Shown one piece after another: positions 53,221-63,537 of a stretch of 64,000 nucleotides of DNA. The stretch's first letter is position 1. Every line of letters begins with the position of its first letter. Position numbers and translations under genes: made by a program. This DNA is from Diplonema japonicum (taxonomy: Eukaryota > Protista > Euglenozoa: Diplonemea), in the NCBI GenBank assembly GCA_964019335.1, contig OZ025658.1:124001-188000 (forward strand), written 5' to 3'. The notes beneath the pieces are model-generated. The model was given only the letters and a program-made list of their open reading frames with translations. It was not told the origin of the DNA and did not search any database.

Positions 53221-55323
53221 TCACTGCTCGCTTTGCTCGCATCCGCGGCACTTTACCCTATTGCAGTCTAATATTATGCAGGACTGTGCTGGGTTGTTTT
53301 TCGTGATATTCCCGTTGCAGTAGTGGCACACCCCCTTCCAGTATTGGTATGTCCCGTTGTAGACGTGGCATATGCCTTTGCCCAGGCAGTCGTTGATGTC
53401 GGTGCCCTCATCTAGGTCGATGTCGGTGTCATCGTCAGTCGGGGGGGGACCCAAGTCATCCTCCGTCTCCATGTCGTCGTTTTCTCCCTCCTCGGTTAGC
53501 GAACGGGGCTGGTCCTTGTCCAGTCTCGAGATCGTCGCCTCCGTGAGGGCTTTTATCTGCTCGGTGAGAGCTGCCATCTGGGTGCGCATCTGCTGGACCT
53601 CCCCTCGCAGCTGCGCGTTCTCTCTCCGCAGTTCGATCACTTCCGCAGATGGCTCGTCGTCTCTGCTCGGTTCCCCCGCCAGCTTGCGGATCGCATTTTC
53701 GATTGCTGTGAGGCGGTCTGTGGCGGTTTGTGGCCGGGCTGGGTGGACCCCGTCACTGCGCCTAGGTAGGATTTGCCTGTGGCTGTGGTCCCTGTCTTCG
53801 GTCTTCCCCAGGACTGTGCAGTCGGTGTCTTTTTAGTGGGCGGGCCCCCCATGTCGGGTGCTATCCTGCAGTGGAGGATCAGCCCTGTCGGGGATGTGAT
53901 TCTCAGCGTCGTGGTAGGGGGTTTGCCTCCCCGAATGTACCAGCACCTCCCGTCGTTGCTCCAGCCGCCGTGTAGAGGAACGGCATCCCATTTCATGGTG
54001 CGGAGTATCAGTTCCACGTGCTCCACACCGCACTGTCCGTACAGGCCCGTCAGACGCCACCTCGGCTCCCCATGTTGTCCGCGCTGTCGTTCATCCTCGC
54101 CCAACACCTTGTCAAGGAGCGCGGTCTTCTCCCCCTCCGACGTCCTCACACCGAGGCGGCAGTCCGACTCACGAATCGCTAACCCCTGCTTTTCCGCTTC
54201 TGCCAATTCGAGCGCTTCCTTTAAAGTGGTTTCCTTCGGGAGCCAAGCGACGGGGGATCTCGGCACATCCTTCGGTCTAACGAAGATCCCTCCCCTTCCG
54301 GACGTGTTCACGAATCTGTCGAGGCTGCTTTTCGGGACCGTCACCAGTACGTCTACCCTCGGGGTCGGACCCTCCACGATCTTGTCGATCCTGTGGATTG
54401 TCTTGCAGTTCAAGTCCCGGAGGAGCTTTCGGGGTTGGGAGGTTATATTCTCCCACGTCTGGGCCGAGGCGTGCGCTTTCGAGAAGATAATCGCGACCCG
54501 CGCGAATCTTGCCCCCAGGTTGATGTCCACTGTGTCACTTGATGTGCGCATGGCAATCCTCCCGCCAGTAGGAACATCTTCCTGTTCGTGAACTCTCCTT
54601 CCGCCTTGAGTACAACGTCGTACTCATCCCGGCGCTTCAGGATGAGCGCTTTGTTCCCGTCCCATGCCATCTTCTCGGCCTCCTTCACGTTCTCCTCGGT
54701 TGGATGGCAACGCCGTCCTTTCCCGCCACCAGCTCATCCCACGTCACGAAGGGCTGGTCAAACTGCCCTTGCTCCAGGGACCAGCGTTTCGCTGCCTGCG
54801 GTTGTTTCTGCGGCGGTTTGCTGCTCGGCCCTCTCCAGGCTCTCGCCTCGCCGTCTGAGGTCGGGATGCCTACCCGTGGCAGCTTGAACTCCTGCACTAC
54901 TTTCTTCAGAACGTTCACGTTGAACGGTTCTGACGCGTTGAGGTAAGCCCGGCCGTCGAAGGCGACGTGGATGGGCAGCTTTTTGGACTCTCCCGAGATA
55001 GGGGAGACTGTGAGGGCGCCGTTTTCGACTGCCATTAAGCGGATGTCGATCTTCCATGCGCGGGCGGTGGCCTGGATGGTGACCAGGTCGGCGGCGGTGC
55101 CTTCCTTCGCGTGCTGGGTGCAGTAGGCATCGTAGTCCCCGGTGACGTTCACCCGGTATTCTTCGCTCCCTCGCAACTCCTGTACCATGCGGCGTCTAAT
55201 GTCGCTCCCCTTCTTCCCCGTCTTCTCCCCGACCACTCCGTAGAAGGAGTTCCCGTTCCCGTTCCCGTACGCCCTCCTGTGCGCCGTCATCCCGAAGCCC
55301 TTCATTGCTTTAAAGATGTCCAT
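53221..55323 (-). pseudogene. Retrotransposon 2 ORF1 with N-terminal inactive OTU-like domain, broken
   Basis: Four overlapping ORF fragments (frameshifts near 54690, 54560 and 53740). Coiled coil IELRRENAQLRGEVQQM; terminal CHYC...CIILDCNRVKCRGC. Confidence 0.8.
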
Positions 55324-55430
55324 GGCTGATGCGTCTGGATCGCTGATGTTGATGTTTACGATGCAGATACTGATGTGATGCTTGCGTTCTCCTCTCCTTT
55401 CTTTTCCTTCACTCCTTTGCACTAATCCCG

Positions 55431-55557
55431 AAACTTTTACACTTCTTAAACCTATGCACTTCCGTTAAACCTTACACTTCCGTTGAACTCCGTTAACTTT
55501 TATACTTCCTTCAAACCTTTACACTTCTTTTAAACGTCTACACTTCCGTTGAACCTT
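55431..55557 (-). repeat. Degenerate tandem repeat in the retroelement 5' UTR (~18-20-nt unit, ~6-7 copies)
   Basis: Minus-strand consensus AACGGAAGTGTAAAGGTTT (plus strand aaacctt(t)acacttccgtt). Confidence 0.8.
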
Positions 55558-55639
55558 GATGTCGCGTTCTTTACTTCCAATATTTGTATTTTCTTTTCAA
55601 ACCGTTACTGAGTGAAACTTTATTGGCACGGTCGGACAC

Positions 55640-55676
55640 CAATAAAGTACAGAAACTGTAGCTTTAGAATCGTTGG
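55640..55676 (-). ncRNA. Spliced-leader exon copy (37 nt of the 39-nt diplonemid-type SL)
   Basis: Minus strand CCAACGATTCTAAAGCTACAGTTTCTGTACTTTATTG. It carries the euglenozoan SL core CAGTTTCTGTACT.TATTG and differs at only about 2 positions from the Diplonema SL as I recall it. Confidence 0.88.
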
Positions 55677-57313
55677 GGAAAAAAAAACCAGAGAAATAAA
55701 ATAAAAAATGAAAAACATAAATAAGCCTGAGTAATTCCGTATCCTTCACATTTTCACAATGCCTCTAGTGAAAAGTAAGAATGATCTTTTTTTTTTATTT
55801 TTTTTAAATATATTCTTCTTTCTTTTCTTTTTTTTTGTGTAAAGATATAAATCAATTCTTTTCACCTTCAGAAAACACAACGAGGAAGAAAAAAGCAGGG
55901 GGAAACGGTGTATATATTCAATGGGGAAGAAAAGAAAAAAAAAAGAGGGAAAAAAAAAAAAGGAACTGGCAAAAACAAGCACTCTAACCGACCCATGGGT
56001 AAGCAACTAACATGATTTGTCAAAAAAAAAGTATTACGGTTCACTTTTTTCTCCCCCCCCCCTGAAGTATTCGAATCTCGAGCCACTTTGCTCGGGGTAA
56101 AACCTTAAAGCAAAAAAAAAAGAAAAAAGAAAAGAGAGAGAAGAAAGAAAGAAGAGTGTTGCGGTTTTATTGTTTGTGCAAAGTAGGTTTTAGCTTAAAA
56201 GCCGTAACAAAGCTGGGCCCCCCGGCTTTTTTTTTTTTTTAAAGCCGTAACAATTCACTTACAATTGTTGCTTTTTTTTTCCCCTCTTTTTTTTTTCCCT
56301 TCTCAAGAGAGAGAAAAAAAAAGAATTTTGACAATCGTTTAACAATTCAGGCAGCAAGGTTAAAGAAATAAATAATGTTATTATTGCTATTTGGGTGTGA
56401 GAACTGAGTAAAAAGCGCATATGGGGGGGGGAGTCCATAATTTTCAATCGGGAAAAAAAGATTATTTTAGGGAAGGGAGGGGAAGGGGGGGTGGGGTGCT
56501 GCACCCTCTCTCTACCTCTCTACCAGCCCTAGTTCTTATCAGGGTTCTGGTCTTGCCCCCCCCCCCCCCCCCCCCCCCCCAAAGAAAAAAAGAATACTGT
56601 GAAGTGATAACCCCCAGGACCGACAAACTGTGAGGGAGTGTTCTTCCGGAAACCTTTCTTACAGCCGTTTTGGTACAACCCTGGATGCGGTTGCGAAGAA
56701 ATCCTATCTGTTATTCTCGCCTGGATTCTTCACTTTGCAGTAGGAAAAAAAAAAAAAGAAACTACACAATAAGAATGTAAAGAATTGACAGAATATCGTT
56801 TTTTTTTTTTTTTTTTCTTCTTCTTCTTTTTTTTAAACAACTATGCTGCAATTTCCCCTGTTTTTATTGATCTAAAGAAAGAGAGAGAGACAGAGAGACC
56901 ACATATGTTTGTGTAGGTTTCTCCATGTTTTTCTTTTTTTTTTTTTTTTTTTTTAGCAATTAAGAACCAGCACCGAGGCTGCTCGCTTTTTAAAAAAAAG
57001 GGGGGGGAGGGGTGATCACCAATAAAAAATGGGAGGTAGTGTCTAGTTTAACGACCTAAAATATTTTTTTTTTAAAAAAAAAACCCATATCTGTACTGAT
57101 TTATTTTGGTTGCTGTTGGTTGCTGACTTTCTTTTGCTTGGGGGGTTTTTTTTTGTTTTTTTTTTACTTTAGATTAGATTTCTTTTCTTCTTTAAAAAGA
57201 AGTTCGTTTTTGTTTTTTTTTGTTTTTTTGTTTTTTTTTTCTTTTTGTTCAAAATTGCGTTGACAGTGCAGCTGGTGTGCAGTCTTTCTATCCCGCTGTA
57301 CTAAAAATAAATA

Positions 57314-57552
57314 CTGTAAAGCGAAAAAATCCGGGGGGGTTTTTTTTCCGGGAGTTTGTCACTCCGGCATTTTTCTCCATACAGAAAACGGGAGGAATAC
57401 TTCCTGACCCGATCCTATCCTATCCTCACCCCCTCCCCCAAGCCGAAAATGCCGGCTAGGGAAAAATATCCGAGCTTTTTTCGCTTCCGGGAGTTTGTCA
57501 CTCCGGTATTCTCTTTCGGCATTTTTTCTCTCCAGAATTTTTTCGCTTACAG
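57314..57552. mobile_element. Tc1/mariner-type MITE (TA target duplication)
   Basis: TA|ctgtaaagcgaaaaaatccgg ... ccagaattttttcgcttacag|TA. Internal direct repeat ttccgggagtttgtcactccgg occurs twice. Confidence 0.7.
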
Positions 57553-57698
57553 TAATAAAATTCTATTTTCCATTTTTTTTTTTTTTTCTTCTTTTTGTTG
57601 GAGCAAAAATCTTGCCCGAATGGGTTTCCTCTCCTCCCTTTTTGCTACTTGATGCATAGAAAGATTTAAAAAAAAAAAAAAAAAAAAAAAAATCGTTT

Positions 57699-57785
57699 AT
57701 GCGCACGAGCGCGATTTTACCTAATAAAATAGCTCATTACGCTGCCATCAACTAGTATTTAGTCTCGACAATAATATTGTTAACA
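57699..57785 (+). repeat. Dispersed repeat, also at ~5069-5145 and partly at 16625-16645
   Basis: Shared blocks tgcgcacgagc, aata(a/g)ctcattacg and ctcgacaa.a.ta.ttgtt in the same order. Confidence 0.6.
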
Positions 57786-58230
57786 AAAAAAAACAAAAAC
57801 AAAAAAAAGCATCATCAAAGTTTCAGGGAATAAAAGGGAAAGTGAGGATCTTTTTTTTTTGACAGGAAATAAAGAGTCAGCAGTTGTTGTTTGTGGAAAA
57901 AAAAGAAGAGGGGGGATAAATAAAGAACAACGAAAGGTGTTTGCACAACCCCACATTAAAGTCTTGGAATTGAAGAGAGGTCTTTTCGTCCACTCTTCCC
58001 CCCCCCCCCCCCCCACCCCCCTCTGAATACAGCTTACAAGTTTCTAAATTGGATCTTTTTAAAAACCAAATTGCATTCGAAATAGATAAGGCATTCACTA
58101 TGATGGGGGGGGGGGGGGAGAAAGTTTTGGACAACGATCCAGTGGGCCAAAAAAAAAAATTTTTTTTTTTCATCATGATAACGAGGGGTGGGGCGGGGAG
58201 AGAAGAAAACCTGCCGAACAGCGGCTCAAA

Positions 58231-58262
<32 letters not shown>

Positions 58263-58944
58263 GAAAAAAAAAAAAAGAAAGGATTGCAAGCAGCTAAAAA
58301 TAGCCGATGCCTTTTTTTTTCTTTTTCTTTTTTTTTCCCCTCTTTCTGTAGTTCATCATTATTATCCCACCGTAGCCTTCAGCGCTTGAAGGGAAGAAGA
58401 AGAAAAAGGTGGCTTTGAAGGGAACCTGCAGTATGTGACAGGATCGCTTAACGACGATCACCTCATCTTGTGTCTAGTCCGTAGTGTCTATTCAGCAGCT
58501 TGAGCGTGAAACCAACTAGCGAGTAGCTGAGGATGCAAAAAGTTCGCAGTTGCTCCTCTAGGATGGGGTGGATGGCCTTCGGGTTCACGAAGACTGTACG
58601 AGTGGAATAAAAAAAAAACAAAAAATAAAAATTAAAATATGGCTGTTCACATAAATTTCTTCATTTTTTTTATTGACGGGAATAGGGGTAGAATATAAAA
58701 AAAAAAATCATTTTTGAGTATCAGATAAAAAAAAATCCAGAACAAAAAAAAAAGAAAGGGAAAGGAGGGCATGGGCGGACCTTTGGGAGGGAGGTGGGGG
58801 GGGGGGGGGGGGGGGGGAAGCTCATAGTACACACCAAACATATTTTCATTAATGAAATATAATGAAATGTATTACGCATCCTATGTAAAGGGTAAAATAA
58901 AAAAAACTCTGATAAAAAAAAAAAAAAAAAAAAAAAAACGTATA

Positions 58945-60590
58945 TCATGCCCAGACCTCCAACCTATGAGTCACCAATCCCTTACACATGGGACATGATT
59001 GCAGCTCCGGAGCACAACTATCGCAGACGCTCAGGTGCCGACATGGCATTAAAACCGTGTTCTTGACCGCGATTTTACACACTATGCAATTCTTCTTCAA
59101 ATTCTTCCGGTCCCGAGTACGAGGGGACGCCGGGGGGGAAAGACCCTCCTCATCCGAGGTAATGTCTTCAGTGTCATAATCTTCATCACCCGTGAAGCTC
59201 GATTCCGATTCACAATCCTATTTTTTTTTTTTTTTTTTTCCCCTTCCCCACATACATCATCAGAATCGTCTGTCGTTTCATCACCCCAAGTATACTGGCC
59301 GGAGACCCTTCCTGAAGGAGGATGTGTTGGTGAGGTATGGGTACTGCCTGGCAACGGTGGCAACGCGACACTTGTGGCTTTTTTCGTTTCGACAACACGC
59401 CTTCTCGGCGATGCTGGTGAGGAACTTCTCGTAGATCGGAAACTACTCCGAGTTGACGATGAGCGCGTCTTCAGCCCGTCCCCTTGCGCGAGAAGATCAG
59501 GACGGCACGCTCCGCACACCGCACATACCTCTCTGTCGCTGTTCCTGAAAAGACAAGCGGGACACGCCCAAATTCGTATTTTACAAGCAGCACCACCCCA
59601 TAAGTTATGGTTCACACAAGCTGCGTCGCATAGAATACCGATTTTAGGGATGATGTCTTTGAAATCCTCGCCGAGCTGTGCTTCGTAAGCGGCGCCCTTG
59701 GCGGATGTCAAGCGGAGGAGTTTGTCACGATCGGTGACAAGCTCAATGTTGAGGATGGAGCTCACCCACGTCGCGCTGCTGTACAGCTCCAAACGCGACG
59801 TTTGTGACAACGACAACGAAAGCGCCTCACCGTCCGCAGTCGTGAAATGAACAAGCGTATCACCGCTTGATTCAATATCTTCAAGCGACAACGATGCCGG
59901 TGCCCTCATAGAATACCGCCTGATGGCTTGGGAAAGCGCGGGTTGCGGCGTTCCCGCCGGTAGCCGAGTCGCGTCAGTCCAAGAAGGATGCTGGTACCCA
60001 ATGGCAGGGGACTGTGGTATCCATAGTTGAGGAGGGTGGATACGCCCTGTTATGTCGCAGAATGGCGGTGCGGATCTGATGACCATCCCGCAGTCCTCGC
60101 ATCGTGCCTCGCTAGGGGGTTGGGGTTCAACCTCTCTTACGTATAACCATATATCGTGTTTGACTGCCGCTAAGTCAGCGAGTCGGGCAGTGAATAGTAG
60201 GGTGGCGTTTAGTGCAGTGGTCCATTCGGCTTCTGATATCACAAGGCCTCTTGAGGTTTTGACGGTGATGTACTCGTCATCACTTACCGCTACCTTGAGG
60301 CCTGTGATGGCCTTCTTCCATGTTCCGTCTACGGTGTACTCTAGCCTGCTTCGTTTGCAGAGGAATAGTTTTACTTCTTCGCCTTCGGGGCCTCTGAGGC
60401 GGACCATGTCGCCGCGTGTCTCGGCGGCTTGTAGTGCTGCTGCGGGGGGCTCCTCTTTCAGTTCTCGCCGCCGTTTTCTTCTGTTCATTCTGTGTTGCTT
60501 CCTCCTCGCCCGCCGCCTCTCTTTTTTCTCTTTCCTGCGCTCCCTTGATACCGACGTCATCGTCTTGCCTGTGCTGCCCCCCGCGCCCAT
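58945..60590 (-). CDS. N-myristoylated RING (C3HC4) E3 ligase with RanBP2-type zinc finger, 2 exons
   Basis: MGAGGS start; WACPACLFRNSDREVCAVC. Intron 59218-59255 joins to CIVCKIAVKNTVLMPCRHLSVCDSCAPELQSCPMC...EVWA*. Confidence 0.85.
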
Positions 60591-61589
60591 TATTTTTCTT
60601 TTTTTCCTTTTTTTTTTTTTGTAATGCAGTTATGTGGCACAGCGGAGTCTTTCTTTGAATGAATGAATGAAATAAAAAAAATAAAATAAACAACGGTGTT
60701 TTCAAAAAAAAAAATAATAATAATAATGAAAAGAAAATAGATTAAATAATAGCAGATGTTTCAGAGAAGCACCTTTTTTAAAGAAAAAAGCCCCCCCCCT
60801 TAATTCCTATTTGTATTCTTTTTTTCTTTTTTTTTCTTTCTCAGCCAATATTCTCTCCTACCTTAGAGGGTGATCGGGTGTAACATTAAAGGCGATATCA
60901 CCATCGGCAAAGTGAACACACCTTGGAACGAGATAAGATTGAATAAAAGCTGTCTCGCTTGCTCCCCCCATTTTCTTTCTTTCGACAAAAGAAGAGGGGG
61001 AGAAAAAAAAAGGAGGGAGCGCTTATTTTTTTTCCCCCTTCCTTCTTTTTTTTCGTGTCATCCCTATTTCGTTTGAGCTCAGCCTGCTAGAGGGTTTATC
61101 TATAAAAAAAAAAAGAAGAAAAGGCTTAAAACACCATTGCTGACCAACACTCCCCCCCCCCTTTTTTTCTTCTTATTTCTCGGTTGAAATAATTTAAATT
61201 CAACAAATTTCTTTTTTGTAATCCATGAACCAAGATTGGCATATGGCGGCGGGGGGGGGGGGGGGGGGGGGAGAAGAAAAAAACGAAAAAATCTTGCGAA
61301 GTAGATTTTTTTTTTTTTTTTTTTTGCTTCCCACCTTAAGCTTCTTCTCCAAAGGGTGGAGGGATCACATTTACCATTTTATTCAAATTTCTTTTTAGTG
61401 ATCCCCGTGTATAGCTTCCTCTCTCTCTCTCTCTTTTTTTTTTACTCATACCTTCCTCTCCGGGAGAAATGAGAATGGATGGAAAAAAAAAGGGTGGGAG
61501 GGCGGGGGAATCGTAATTTTACTGACCTGAAAAAAAAAAAAAAAAAAAAAAAAAAAAGGAGAAAAACCCCGCCAATGTCGTCCTTTCTT

Positions 61590-63036
61590 TTAAAAAACCT
61601 CAAATCTGTGCACCACAGCAAACCTGCAAAGCGGGCATTGTGTAAGGATCTGGGCACAGCCACCACAGACGCACAGGTGCCTGCAAGGCATAAGAACGGT
61701 GTTCTTGGGCTCCTTTTTTTTTTTTTTTAATTCCCATAAAATCCACACAACACACCTCAAGACAAACACAGCACTCGTCACTGGCAGTCCCCATGACGTG
61801 TTCAACTGTGTCTTCATCTCTCTCAACGGGCTCGGCAGCACCGTCCTGCTGGGGTGCGTCCACGTCGTGTGTTGACATAGGAAGAGGCATGGTGGGCACA
61901 TCACGGTCAACCCCGTCCACTAGGTCCACTGGGTCTGGGGATAAAGGCATGACTTGCGGTGTGTGTGGATTTTCCGACGGTCCCGAAAGCCTCCTTCGCA
62001 CACGCAGTGCCCCGCCATCTTGAGGGGGGCTCAATGGTGGCAGTACTGGGGTGCTAGCCACAAGGTGCTGCCTATTTGTCGCGGAGCACACGGGGTCCAG
62101 GTGAAGCGCCCGTCCGCATTCTGTGCACATCGGTGCGGGGTTGCCGTGTTCCCACAGGTTGTGGTCGATGCCTGCCCTGTCCGCGATGATCGCCACCTTG
62201 GACAGCGTCTCCTTGATCGCCTCAGCATCGCCCTGCAACATGCACCCCGCAGGCATCGAGACGTGGTAGTCCCGCAGCGTGCGCGCCCCCATGTGCGGCA
62301 CCTCCAGACGCACCACAGGCCGCTTCCACTCCCCGTCGACGATCTTCTCCAGCCGACCGGTGTTCACGAAAATGAACTTTTGTACGACGCTTGCTTCTGT
62401 TTGGAACTCAACACAGTCGCCGCGATCCTCCGCTGCACGCAGTGCTTCTGCTGGAGGGCATGGTTCCCAACCTTGGAAAGGGGGAACGGGGTGCAGGCGG
62501 CCGGTAGCTTGACAGAAGGCAGGCGCGGTGGCAAGCTGACGGCCGCAATAAAAACAGGTTTCAGATGTGGTTTGGGAGACTTCGATACCGGCTTCCCGAA
62601 TATCCTTCCAAAGGTCGTGCGGCACGGAGGCACGGGTGGCAAGGCGGGCGAGGCCGCCGAGGACGCGGAGGAGCGCCGCGTCGCGCTGAGGGAGCTCCGC
62701 AAGCACATCATCATCAGCGTGCAGCACAACAGAGTCGTTAGCAATGGTGACGGCAAGGGATTCCACTGCACGTGTCCAGGCACCATCAACTATATATTCA
62801 AGCCGCCTGGGCTTGCACAAGCACAAGGTCACCCTTTGCCGGTTGAGGTTCTCACAGTACATCACGTCGCCTCGCGACTGAGCTGCCAGCACCGCTGCTG
62901 ACGGAGGTGCCTCCAGAGCATCTCTTGTGCTCCTTCTCGATCTCCTCCTTCGTCTATCATGCGGGCTACCACTATGCACTACCTCACTGCTCCTCCTCCC
63001 GCTCTGCCTCGGGGACGACGAGGACCCCGCGCCCAT
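61590..63036 (-). CDS. N-myristoylated RING (C3HC4) E3 ligase, paralogue of the neighbouring gene, 2 exons
   Basis: MGAGSSS start. Intron 61713-61755 splits the RING: CCVCLE|EPKNTVLMPCRHLCVCGGCAQILTQCPLC...EVF*. Confidence 0.85.
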
Positions 63037-63501
63037 GGTGCCGCCTGTTGAGGTAGACGTGGTGATAGAATGTAAAAAAAAAAGAGGAAGGTGCACTATT
63101 TTCTTTTATTTTACGAGAGCGAAGCAAAGCACACCGTAAGGAACAAAGAAGAAGAAGAAGAAGAAAAATGGAGAAATCTTATTGAGAGAGCGATCATTGT
63201 TTCTATTTCTGTCGTCGACTTTGCATGAAAACCCAGGGGGGGGGGGATATTTTGAGACACTAAGATAACTTAGAAAAGAAAATGTTGATGACGTCACACC
63301 ACACCACAGCAGGGAGGGTACTATTTTGATTCTAGAGGAGCGAGAAAAAAAAAAAAAGAAAAAAAGAGGGGGAAAGATAGGTCATCCTCCTCCTCCTCCC
63401 CTGTTCCTCATGCAAGCAACTGGAATCAATTCATAAGTAAAATACCAAAGTTTTTTCTTACTTTTTTTTTAATGGGGGAACATAAAAAAACGTTGACTGG
63501 A

Positions 63502-63532
<31 letters not shown>

Positions 63533-63537
63533 GCCCC

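Larger units (their letters stand above)
49097..55676 (-). mobile_element. Non-LTR retrotransposon 2 (5'-complete, frameshifted), starting with an SL exon
   Basis: Pseudo-OTU and ORF1 fragments at 53221-55422; APE and RT fragments at 49097-53085, collinear with element 1; 5' UTR repeats and SL copy. Confidence 0.9.

Noticed and set aside
55431-55557. CRISPR-like array
   Set aside because: Degenerate adjacent units with no unique spacers, no cas genes, eukaryotic context.
55560-55676. A complete SL RNA gene
   Set aside because: The first two SL bases are missing, there is no tandem array or downstream T-tract, and only a weak Sm-like AATATTGG is present. Kept only as an alternative explanation.
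58438-58600. U3 snoRNA (CAGGATC, GAGCGTGA boxes)
   Set aside because: Box order and terminal C/D boxes do not fit.
40665-63036. Functional link between retroelement OTU domains and neighbouring RING E3 genes
   Set aside because: Adjacency in a polycistronic-type eukaryotic cluster does not imply shared function.
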